Source of the DNA: the human T2T-CHM13v2.0 reference genome, Homo sapiens | NCBI RefSeq assembly: GCF_009914755.1 | Contig: NC_060947.1 | Length of the DNA: 64,000 nucleotides | Direction: 5' to 3' (one strand) | Shown: one piece after another, positions 1 through 26,245 of the stretch | How the letters are laid out: every line of letters begins with the position of its first letter | How positions within the stretch are numbered: position 1 is the first letter of the stretch | The notes under the pieces: generated by a model | Database searches by the model: none | Told to the model about the DNA's origin: nothing | The model's input: the letters and a program-made list of their open reading frames with translations, nothing else | Made by a program: the position numbers and the translations under genes

Positions 1-3
1 AAC
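1..3 (+). CDS. OGT: OGT, last codon (Asn) of an exon cut by the window edge (probably exon 19)
   Basis: AAC is followed by donor GTGAGT and joins in phase 0 to ILKRVPNS at 2750, as in OGT ...MWAN-ILKRVP. Confidence 0.8.
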
Positions 4-102
4 GTGAGTATGCAAGTATGTTAGAGACTAATAAAGATTTTGTATCTAGAGCTTCTTGCTGAAGATGGTCCTTCCACTCCCATTTAGGAGCTGTTCTGCT
101 CA

Positions 103-778
<676 letters not shown>

Positions 779-902
779 TTGTGCTCATTTATAATCTTCA
801 AGAGATGTAGATTTTTCAGGCATTTTTGGTTTCTCCTTCCAGTGTCTAAATATGACATTGTGAACCTTTTAAATTTACATATTCAAAGCATTCTTCTGTC
901 TA

Positions 903-1121
903 AAGGGTCAGCAAACTTTTTCTTAAAGGGCCAGATGGTAAATATTTTCAGTTTTGTGGTCCATGCTGTTTCACGTCTACTCAGCTTTGCCGTTGTAGCA
1001 CGAAAATAACCATAGGCATTTTGTAAATGATGAGTGTGGCTGTGTTCCAATAAAATTTTATTTATACGAACTGGCAGTATGCCAGATTTGGCTCACAGGC
1101 TGTGTAGTTCGCCAACTCCTG
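903..1121 (+). mobile_element. MER58A-like hAT DNA transposon fossil
   Basis: Ends agggtcagcaaact...gttcgccaactcctg, with internal ggctgtgttccaataaaa recognised as MER58. Confidence 0.75.
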
Positions 1122-1554
1122 GTCTAAACTGATAGCATATGCTGTCATGTACATCCACCCATTTTTAACATTCTTGTAGTATTGTAGAGTTATAACCAAG
1201 AAGGAGTCGATCTGTACATATGATTATCTCTCAGTTCATCAGACAAGTTTGCATAAGTGGGATATCGGATAGCTATAACTGGCTCTTAATCCATAGAACT
1301 AAAATAAAATGGCATGTTTTACCTTTAGGTAATCTGGAGATAATTCCTTGGTTAATTTTTTCCCCGATATCTGTTTTGTTTTATGTTTAGAGGAGAGGGG
1401 AGGATAGAAGAGAAGAGGAAGCAGATGAGTACAGGTCTACTGTCCTTAATCCTTACTTCCTGATGTTCACAAAAACTCTGAAAATCAAAAGCTTTTTCAT
1501 AAGTGTGTGGCAAATTTGTTTGGCAGCAAAACTACCTGAACTAACATTAGGGTA

Positions 1555-1931
1555 TATATTAGTCCGTTTTCATGCTGCTATAAAGGACTGCCCGAGACTG
1601 GGTAATTTATAAAGGAAAGAGGTTTAATTGACTCACAGTTCCGCGTGGCTATGGAGGCCTCAGGAAACTTAGAGTTACGGCGGAAAAGGGAGCAAACATG
1701 TCCTTCTTCGCGTGATGGCAGGAAGAAGGGCTGAGCCAAAGCGGGGAAAGCCCCTTATAAAGCCATCCGATCTTGTGAGAACTCACTCTCTATCACAAGA
1801 ACAGCAGCATTGGAAATAACTGTCCATGATTCAATTACCTACCACTGGGTCCCTCCCATGACACATGGGGCTTATGGGAACTGCAGTTCAAGAAGAGAGA
1901 TTTGGGTGGGGGACACAGTCAAACTATGTCA
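1555..1931 (-). mobile_element. THE1-family (MaLR) solo LTR
   Basis: tattagtccgttttcatgctgc...gagatttgggtgggggacacagtcaaactatgtca; 5-bp TSD GGGTA at 1550-1554 and 1932-1936. Confidence 0.9.
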
Positions 1932-2169
1932 GGGTATTTGTAGTCTTTTATTTATTTCATTTAGTATGACTGTTCCTGCATCTCAATGCAGAGGTACTAA
2001 TATGTTTATAGGAAGTTGCTGCTGAGGGTGTTAATGTGATACATACACACACAGTACTACTTTTTTAAAATCTGAAATATTCTGAATTTGGAAATTCATC
2101 TGTTCTCATAGCTTTCAGAGAAAGGGATTTTGAACTTACATGGTACATAGAGTAGATGTAAATCTAAAT

Positions 2170-2379
2170 CAGGAGTTGGCAAACTATGACCTGTGGGTCA
2201 AATCCAGCCCACTGCTTGTTTTTGTAAATAAAACTTAATGGACACATAGCTATGCCTACTTGTTTACACATTGTCTGTGGCTGCTTTCAAGCTACAGCAG
2301 AAGAACTGAGCAGCTATGACAGTCCATGTGGCCACAGAACCAAAAATATTTGCTATCTGGCCCTTTACAGAAAAGACCG
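2170..2379 (-). mobile_element. Second MER58A-like element, inverted relative to 903-1121
   Basis: caggagttggcaaactatg...tttgctatctggccctttacagaaaa is the approximate reverse complement of the first copy. Confidence 0.7.
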
Positions 2380-2749
2380 ATTTATATTAGGCAAAGAAAG
2401 TTAGGCAAGTGTGAGGTAACTTTCTTGGTTGTATCATAGTGGGGGATTTGAAATTTGGAATGCAAAATTCCTCTCTCAGCAAAACCCACTGCCTGTGTCA
2501 ATTCCCGCAGGAGGTAGCTGCCTCAGATTTTGCCTGTCTTTCTTTGAACTCACTTTGAGGACAGCTAAGCAGAAGAGGGATAATTCAATTGATCTCATTC
2601 ATCTCTGTGAAGGAAAGACTTAAGTCCACAGCAGGCTTCTATCTGGATGGAAAGAATAGAGTGTGGTAGAATTATTAGAGACCTCTGGGAGTCTTTGTTG
2701 AAAAAGGCAGATCTGCTATTAATAATTATTCTTATTTTCCCTATTTTAG

Positions 2750-3002
2750 ATTCTGAAGCGTGTTCCCAATAGTGTACTCTGGCTGTTGCGTTTTCCAGCA
2801 GTAGGAGAACCTAATATTCAACAGTATGCACAAAACATGGGCCTGCCCCAGAACCGTATCATTTTTTCACCTGTTGCTCCTAAAGAGGAACACGTCAGGA
2901 GAGGCCAGCTGGCTGATGTCTGCTTGGACACTCCACTCTGTAATGGGCACACCACAGGGATGGATGTCCTCTGGGCAGGGACCCCCATGGTGACTATGCC
3001 AG
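2750..3002 (+). CDS. OGT: O-GlcNAc transferase, third-last exon (C-terminal catalytic lobe)
   Basis: ttttag| [25 protein letters not shown]...[26 protein letters not shown]|gtaagt; 253 nt. Confidence 0.98.
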
Positions 3003-3242
3003 GTAAGTTGCTGATAAATCACTGGAATCTTCCTTGTTCCTTTGAAAATCTCCGTTTGGGGGAGAAACTTCCAGGTGAAATTATATGTACTAGGAGCAAC
3101 ATTAAAGGAAAGGTGATAGAAAGTGAGACTTGTTCTCACTTCATTCTCTTCATCTGCGTTGTGTGGAGGCTTAACATAAATAACATTAACTCTGTGCTGT
3201 TTTACGTTCTCAGATGTGCAGTTGTTATCTTTTGTATTACAG

Positions 3243-3366
3243 GAGAGACTCTTGCTTCTCGAGTTGCAGCATCCCAGCTCACTTGCTTAGGTTGTCTTGA
3301 GCTTATTGCTAAAAACAGACAAGAATATGAAGACATAGCTGTGAAGCTGGGAACTGATCTAGAATA
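3243..3366 (+). CDS. OGT: O-GlcNAc transferase, penultimate exon
   Basis: tacag| (G)[42 protein letters not shown]|gtaagt; phases match both neighbours. Confidence 0.98.
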
Positions 3367-3795
3367 GTAAGTAAACTTTTCCTTGAACAAATTATTTGGT
3401 AAAGTAGAGAGAATATAGCTGTTATAAAATGAAACCATAAAATAAGTGTAATATAAAATAGGTGAACTAGTTGTATGCCCTCTGGATGGGAGAAGTACTT
3501 CTAAACTCTTAGAAATGAAGTGATCAATAGGTTTTACTATGTAAAAAGTAAATGGCTGAATAAAAAATATTCAAGAAAATTAAAAAGCAAACGAGGGGAA
3601 AAAATCTTTTGTCTCAGATAACAAAGTATTAATTACCTGGCAATGTAAAGACTGCAGAACATTTAAATTTTATAATCCCCTAATAGGAAAGTAAAAATGG
3701 AAATGACCAGACACCTCACTGAAGTGGAAATACAAAAGGTTAACAAGAAAGTGTTTCAGGCTCTGTAGTAGAAATGCCAATTAAAATGGAATTGA

Positions 3796-8040
<4,245 letters not shown>

Positions 8041-8823
8041 AAATTATTGCTTTTAAAAATGCACAGAAATGTTCTGGCTTCTGGTTCTAAAGTATTTATC
8101 CCTTCATCTAAGAATAATCTCATGAAAAATATATTCAAAAGGGAAGTAGAAATCTTTTCCCCTGTGTTTCCTGAAGAATCAATTACTTCTTTTTTATTTT
8201 TCTGAACAGAACCATACTCTTGGTGATATTAGCAATTTTTAAAAATCTGAACTCAGTTCAGGTACAAGTGGAAAATTACGAGAGTAGACTTATTGTATTT
8301 CTTTTCCCCTTGAGTGGTTTTCTGTTTCATCAAAATGACCATAAATCGAATACTTCATCTTATGTTTATGCTTTAACTTTTGTAAATGATGCTTCAATGA
8401 ATATCTTTGCATGGTCCTGTATGTTTTTGCATCTGATTATTTCTTTTTAATAGATTTTAAAGTGTTACTGTTAGGCCAGAGGGTTATGAACATTTAAGGT
8501 TAATACATACTTGCTAAATTGCTTACCAAAAAGGTAAGCAACAGTACATAGGAATAGTCATGTGCCGTTGTCAATTCTTGTTATTTTAAAGGTAGAAACA
8601 AGACGAAATGGAGAACGCGTGGTATCCCTTGGATATACTTGTTTAGGAAAGAACTAAGTTTTTTCAGAGTATATGGAGTTGAGCTCATTTCAGTGTTAGC
8701 ATTATGCAAGATGTGACCCTTCCCTTTTTAGCACGAAGCCAATCAAGAAATGAGATAGCGTAGAGTTTGGTCATGCATTTTTTGCCACAAATGCGACTAG
8801 GTATTTATAGGGTGTGTTTCTGA

Positions 8824-9045
<222 letters not shown>

Positions 9046-11143
9046 ATAAAGACTGCACAGGAGAATTACCCCTATACCTGAGCCTCAACCTTCTGGGGGA
9101 AAGGGAACTAGATAACATACTTCTTACTTGTCTGTACAGTACCTTGTTGCAGATGGGTGATATATAATGGTAATAGAATAGCACAGCCAGACTTGCTTCC
9201 TGCATGGTAGGGAGAGACACAAAAGATGGGAAACTGCTTTTCCACAAGGAATCTCCGTAGAATTTTGCGGCGACCAGATGGTGCATAGGTCTGGAAGGTC
9301 TGATCTCCCTTGGTCTTCCATGGGATGGTTAGTGTGGAGGGGAGATATAGATTGTCCGGCCGCTTTGTGATTCCATGGATTGATTCAGTCTTCTGGATTT
9401 TTTTTTCTTTATATTTTGGGTACTGGAGCTTTTAAAAATGTTTGGTTTCAGGTATTTTTATTCATGTGAAGTGTATATGATTCTCTTGAGATAAGGTTTT
9501 AAGCTAAAATGTTACTCCCTGTTTTAGTTTCTGAACTCTGACAGATTGACAGGGACTTTGCTGGTGTAGTCTTTTTATAGGTTTTATAAACCACTTGAGC
9601 CTATATCAGTCGTTTTAGTGTCTGACCTAATATTTGGAGCTATCAGTGCTTTGTTGATTTAGATGATGACTCAAGATTTTTTCTGGTCCATTTCCCATTT
9701 CCTTTTCTTCCCTGACCCCCATACCCTCACCCTTAAAATTCTCCTGTAACTCAACTAACAAAATCAAGCCTGATTCAAAACATCCTAGGGTGTTTTAAAC
9801 ACACCATCTGGTGCCAAATGAAGATTTTTAGGAGTGATTACTAATTATCAAGGGCACAGTTGTGGTACTGTCATTGATAATAATATAGTTTTTTTTTTTT
9901 TCCTAATTTTGACCTGTTTCACCAGTGTTTTACCCTTGACTGCCCCTTCTATGCTGCTTCCAAAAGTGATAGTGTGTGTAAGATTTTTACCTTCCTTTCT
10001 AAAGTTTTTTTTTTTTTTTTTTAAGTGAGTCCTGTTCTTCCTATTTCTTTCAGCAGAAATGAAATCCCAGGTAAGTATAAGTATTCAAGTATTTGATCAG
10101 TAAGTCACAGTTATCTCCAGTGCATTAAATAACCTTCATCAAGAAATAGGTTATAGGTAAAATCTCTGAAGGATCATCTATGTATTCAAGTAATTATTTT
10201 TTAGATAATAACTGTCTTCTGGACTTGGTCTTGAAGTCTGTACAGATTCAGCCTCAGTAGTAGCGAACTGCACTGCTGTTTGGTTTGGAGTACAAATTAG
10301 ACTTATAGTCCTCCTGGAACTTGAGTTATTAAAATCATAGGAATAAAATTATGGGATCTCAACAAAGGGTCGAGGGTTTGAGGCTTAAACAAGCCAACAT
10401 ATGAATATATGTTTTGTCTCGCTATACTGCACTTACGCTATCCAGTTGCAGGTAATTTTTTGTCTGCTAGTAGTGTTCTAGATTATGTCTTTCCAAAGCG
10501 CTGAGGCTGTGCACCTATTCTGTAGTTGCAGCTGATGCCTGAATGTATCCTAGCTGACAAATTATTGATTAATAAGAACTTGAATTTCTGGAAGATTCTT
10601 ACTGTTAACCAAATTTTGAGCAAGGAGTCTCAAAGGTAATTCTGAACCAGAATTACATGTTAATGAACAGTGTACCTTTTAACAGTGTAAATCACGGAAT
10701 ATCCGTGAAGGGATTTCTTAATTTATTTTTTACCGGTTGATTGAAATATCAGTTAAAGGTTGCCAGCATGGTTGCAGATAAACTGATGTTTGAAATTCGC
10801 TGAAATACTTAATGTGGAATAGGATAATATACTTCCAATGCCCTCAAGGCTGTGACCTTACAGCCATTTTACATAGCACATCATTCCTCCTATAGGGATG
10901 AACTTTTTCCTGGCACGAAAAGTAGCCGCTCTGGTTGAAGCTTTGCTTATTGTAACAGGCTTTTATTTCCAGGTAATATGTCTTGGAAGACTTAATTCTG
11001 ATTAGAGATATAGATATTACTGGAAACTAATTGTTTTTTTTCTATTGTACTCTGCTTTATCAAAGAAGTAAAACATTTAAATCGTACTACAGAAATTAAG
11101 ATGTTGTCTTGCGATCCTTAATAAATGAATGATTTCCCTTTAA
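9046..11143 (+). other. OGT: OGT 3' UTR (end approximate)
   Basis: AT-rich stretch with no interspersed repeats, running from the stop codon to AATAAA at 11120 and followed by GU/U-rich sequence. Confidence 0.85.
11120..11125 (+). terminator. OGT: OGT distal polyadenylation signal
   Basis: AATAAA with downstream U/GU-rich tgtatttttgt at ~11153. Confidence 0.8.
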
Positions 11144-11325
11144 TACGGCTGATGTATTTTGTATCCTGTTATATTGAGTGTTGGACTGAAGAATAGTGTC
11201 ATCCAATGATGAAACCTATATTTAAACACCTCCAAACAGCATGAAAGGACCAAATTTCCCTACTGTAGCTATGATATTAGGAATTGTTTTCTCAGCCAGG
11301 TCTGGTAGAGGGTGGGGTTAGTTTA

Positions 11326-12749
<1,424 letters not shown>

Positions 12750-13658
12750 AGCTCTGCCACTTTCTAGCTGTGTGATCTCTAAAATGAGAGTGCTAACAGT
12801 TGCCTACTTTTTAAAGTGTTGTATGAATTAAGTCGTAAGACACTTGGAATAATGCTTAGCACAAAATAGTATCAAACGCAGGGACATTTTATGTGTGTTC
12901 TGTTACCCAAAGGCATACATTACGAAATATATAGATGCTCGCTGGAGAAACTGGCACAATCTAGAAAGCGCTGTTTTCCCCGTTTGTTTTTCTTGGTGTG
13001 TATGGAGTGAGTGCCAAAAAGCCTCAAGTAACCTTTTTTTATCTCCAGGGTTTGGAGGGTTCTGGAAGTAAACATCATAGTTCGCCGTTGCCAGGCGCTG
13101 TTGAGTTGCTGCCTTGCTCTTATCTAGGGGTCTAGATGGCCTTCCCTGCAACCCCCGCCCCCCTGCGCTCCCGCGTCCCCCCGCGCCCCGCCCTCCCCTC
13201 GGTGTTCCCGTCCACGCCCCTGCTCCCGCGCCTTCGCTCCAGTTCTCGTGCCCCCGCCCCTCCCCCCGCGCCCTTTCCCAGTGGTTGCAATAACGGACTT
13301 AGAGGTCTGGACAATTCAAGTAAGGAACAAGGCTCGCTTATCCAAGTTCTCGCAGGATAAAAGTTTGTTATGAACGATTTCACATGGTTTCTCTTTATCA
13401 GAAAGTTGTTAGGGACTTTTAATCGCAGAATTGGCCTCGGGTGCCCACGCTCTAGTATTGAAATGGCGGTTTTGGGACAAATAAGCAACATCCGTGGGAG
13501 TGGAAAGCGACAGACCTGATCCCGGAAGCGTTACAGCTAGGCGCCAAGTTCACAGGCGCGAAGTTCAAATTTGTCTTGTGACCACTGTGATAGGTGGGTA
13601 CAGGGGAGCGCGGGCGAGCACACGTGAATTACTGCTACCGCCCCCTAGGTCCGGGCAC

Positions 13659-13664
13659 TATAAA
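13659..13664 (+). promoter_or_regulatory. GCNA: TATA box
   Basis: TATAAAG about 29 nt upstream of an initiator-like TTCATC (A at 13688). Confidence 0.65.
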
Positions 13665-13687
13665 GGGGCCTGCGCCTGGCGTTGTTC

Positions 13688-13773
13688 ATCGCAGTTGCTC
13701 CGGATCTTTGCACACACTCCACGGGCAGTTGGAGGTGAGCTGCTGCCGGCCACGCCAGAGGCTGCAACACCAG
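13688..13773 (+). other. GCNA: GCNA non-coding first exon (start inferred; alternative donor after 13734)
   Basis: Lies downstream of the TATA box; donors GAG|GTGAGC (13734) and CAG|GTAGGT (13773); no ATG. Confidence 0.65.
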
Positions 13774-13915
13774 GTAGGTGACCGGCTGGTCGGACTGAGA
13801 TGGGTGCTGAAGTGGTCCAGAGGTTAATCCTAATTGAGTGACTTAATTAAAATCAGGACCACTGTATACCTTGGACTCTGGTTGCCCGTGTAGGCCTGAG
13901 GTGGGAGTAGAGGAA

Positions 13916-14851
13916 GTGGCAGCGAGGGGAGAAGTGGAGGCGCCAGTGGTAGCATTGGGGGAGGTGGGGGCGCCCATGGTGGTGTAGGAAACATATGGTG
14001 GCGCCAGTGGCGGCATTGGGAGGGGTGGGGGCGCCGGTGGCGGCGTAGGAGCAGCTGGTAGTGCCAGTGGCGGCGTGGGGAGAAGGGGCGCTGGTGGCGT
14101 CATTGCAGATAGTGGGGGGCCTGGTGGTGGCGTAGAAGGAGGTGTTGGTGCCAGTGGCGGGTGGAGAGAAGTAGGGGCACCAGTGGCGGCGTTGGGGGAA
14201 GTGGGGGTGCCTGTGGCAGTGTCGGGGAAGTGGGGGTGCTGGTGGTGGTGTAGGAGCATGTGGTAGCACCAGTGACGGTGTGGGGAGAAGTAGGGGCACC
14301 ATTGGCGGCCTTGGGGGAAGTGGGAGCGCTGGTGGTGGCGTAGGAGCGTGTGGTGGCGCCAGTGGCTATGTAGGAATACGTGGCGCCGGTGGCGGCGCGG
14401 GGAGAAGTGAGGGCGCTGGTTGCGGCACTGGGGGGAGGTGGGGGCCCCAGTGGTGGTGTAGGAACAGGTGGTGTCCCTAGTGGCGGGTGGGGAGAAGTAG
14501 GGATGCCAGTGGCAGCGTGGGGGGAGGTGGGGGTGCCAGTTGCGGCCTAGGAGTACTTGGTGGCGTTGGTGGCATAGGAGCACATAGTAGCGCTGGCGGT
14601 GTGGGGAGAAGTGGAGGCGCCGGTGGCCGCATTGAAGGTGGGGGTGCCAATGGGGGCGTTGAGGGAAGTGGGGGGTTCTGGTGGCGGCGTAGGAACACTT
14701 GGTGGTGGTGGAAGTGGCCTAGGAGCACGTGGTGGTGCTGGTGGGCGTGGGGAGAAGTGAGGATGCTGGTGGTGGCATTGGAGGTGGGGGTGCCAGTGGC
14801 TGTGGGGAGAAGTGGGGGTGCCCGTTGCAGCATTGGGGGGAGGTGGGAGCT
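13916..14851. repeat. Degenerate G-rich ~30-bp minisatellite (~32 units) in GCNA intron 1; G-rich low-complexity sequence continues to ~15570
   Basis: Units begin gtggcggcg and end gcgcca/gcgctg at 27-31-nt spacing. Confidence 0.9.
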
Positions 14852-15588
14852 AGTGGTTGTGGGTAGGGGTGTGTGTGTGGGGGTTGAGGTCTCTTTGGCT
14901 GAGGACTGAGTGGTGGTGGGAGACAGGAGTGGGGTAGGGCAGAAGTTGGATAGAAGTGTGGGGGAGTGGAAGCCTGCTTGGAAAACCGGTTGGGAGCAGT
15001 TGAAGGTGGCTGGAGGTGGTTGGAGGTGCGAGTGTGGGGGAAGGGTGGTGGGGTTGAGGCCTGATTGGTGGAAGACTGAGGTGAGAATGGTGGGGGTAGG
15101 GTCCAGACCTGATAGGAGGAAGGAGTTGGGGAGGGGTCAAGGCCTGTTTGGTCGAAGATTGGCTAGAGGCTGGAGGCAGGAATAGGAAGCGTGGAGGGGG
15201 TGGCCGGATTCATATAAGACCAGTGAGAAGCCAGAGTGGCGGGAGGTAAGGGGGCAGTGGAGGTTGGACAGAAGGAAGAAGGTGATGAGGGGGCGGTGGT
15301 AGCCTATTCTGGGTAAGATTGACAGAGTGGGGAGTAAAGAGGTAGGGGAAGGGGGAGAGGTTGACACCCGGTAGGTGGGAGACTTCCTTGGGGCAGGAGT
15401 AGGGGGACTGAAGGTTGTAGGGAGGTGGAGGGCCAGTGGGATGTGGGGGCGGTCGAGCCCTGATACGTGGAAGACTGGCAAGTTGAGGTGGGAGTGGAGG
15501 GAGTGGGAAGTGGGGGCGGGTGCAGGGTGGGAAGAGATTGGGGTGGTAGAGGCCTGAGTGGGAAAAGTTTGCAACAAAACAAATTTAA

Positions 15589-16024
<436 letters not shown>

Positions 16025-16072
16025 GAGTTCTGGCTTTCTTAAGAAAGTGTATCTTTGTCTTTCACTACAGAC

Positions 16073-16131
16073 ATGGATGGGTGCAAAAAAGAGCTGCCCC
16101 GCTTGCAAGAGCCGGAGGAGGACGAGGATTG
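16073..16131 (+). CDS. GCNA: GCNA exon 2, first coding exon (acceptor at 16070/16071)
   Basis: ctacag|ACATGG; MDGCKKELPRLQEPEEDED TG|gtgaga. Confidence 0.95.
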
Positions 16132-16699
16132 GTGAGATTTAGAAAGTTCTGTTTTCTTTTAGTTTAGTGTTACCGTATTGGCAAAACAGCTTTCTCGAGA
16201 AGTATGTTTATTTCCTTTAGTATCTGTAGAGCGTATAACTTGGTTTGTTATAAAATGAGAATTGTAAAGAAGGATTTTACAAACTAGGAGTCCAGCCTCC
16301 TATGAAATTCTTGAATCCGCTATATAATTTCTTTGTTAGTGGCCAGGAAATGACGACATTTGAGGCAACAGTGCATCGTTGAATATATGTGGTTTCTAGA
16401 AAGTTCTTCATTCTGATGCAATTAAAACCTGTTGTTCCACGCCAGTATCGATAGTGCTGCCTCTAGAGGTACACAAGTATTTTTCTTCTCCATGATAACA
16501 CAAGGTGTTTTTGTTTTAAATTTTTTTATGGAGATGCGCCCTGAACCAATAAAGGTTCAGAGAACTTCCAACATGAGGTATTTTTTTTGTGCGTGTGAGA
16601 GACAGGGTCTGCTCTGTCGCCCGGGTTGGAGTGCAGTGATGTGATCAGGAGCTATTTTTAAGATAGCTGCCTGTCTCTAAGTTTTTTCTCTTCTGGAAC

Positions 16700-18480
<1,781 letters not shown>

Positions 18481-18589
18481 GAGCAAGGACAGAGTGTCAC
18501 TCACTGCTGTTTTCAGAGTTCTTTATCAGTTAGAAAAAAAATGACCTGGTAAACATTATTTTGCCATAGTCATTAAAAATGTGGGTAGG

Positions 18590-25320
<6,731 letters not shown>

Positions 25321-25909
25321 TGCGTATATTTTCTAATAATAGTAACATGAGCCTTGAAATACATTCTAGGGACTTGTTCCCCTGGTGGTGAATATTACTT
25401 GGAAAAGATACCAAACAAAATCTGCCTTCTTTTTGACCATGTATTTCTTCCTTAGTGCTTTCCTTGGACTTCCTCACCTGTTGGTTACTATCCCACCTGG
25501 AATTTGATATTTTGCCATTAGGGATTTGGGTGGGGCTCTCTGTCATGTAACTTTTTGCCTCATGTTGATCCTTTGTTCCTTTTGCCTGACCTCTCAAAAA
25601 AGTAGGTGTGTTTGTAACACAAAAGTATGTAAAAAGATGGATGAAGTCTGAATCAGCTGTTAGTTTATATAATATATAGTGCTGTTTACTGACAACTAAC
25701 ATCACATATTGACCCATACATGGGAAACCGTACAGCCAGCAAAAGGTTTCTTTCCTGATTAAAGAAAAAAACTTGAAGTCTACTACTAAGTCCAATGTAC
25801 AGTGGTTGAGAAATGCATAGGAAGTTTAATCAAGGAGTTGAGCCATCATGTATTTTGAAAGATTGGAAAAGTATACAGGCAGCACAGTATCAGCCTCTAG
25901 GCCAAATGA

Positions 25910-26245
<336 letters not shown>

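Larger units (their letters stand above)
13080..13800 (+). promoter_or_regulatory. GCNA: CpG-rich promoter region of GCNA
   Basis: High CpG density, GC boxes (ccccgccc) at 13150-13270, ETS-like CCGGAAG 13522-13528, E-box CACGTG 13621-13626, TATAAA 13659-13664. Confidence 0.85.

Noticed and set aside
13843-15582. Pro/His/Thr-rich and Gly-rich ORFs in GCNA intron 1
   Set aside because: They come from a G-rich minisatellite with frequent frameshifts and non-ATG starts, so they are not called as current CDS; the repeat itself is reported as a finding
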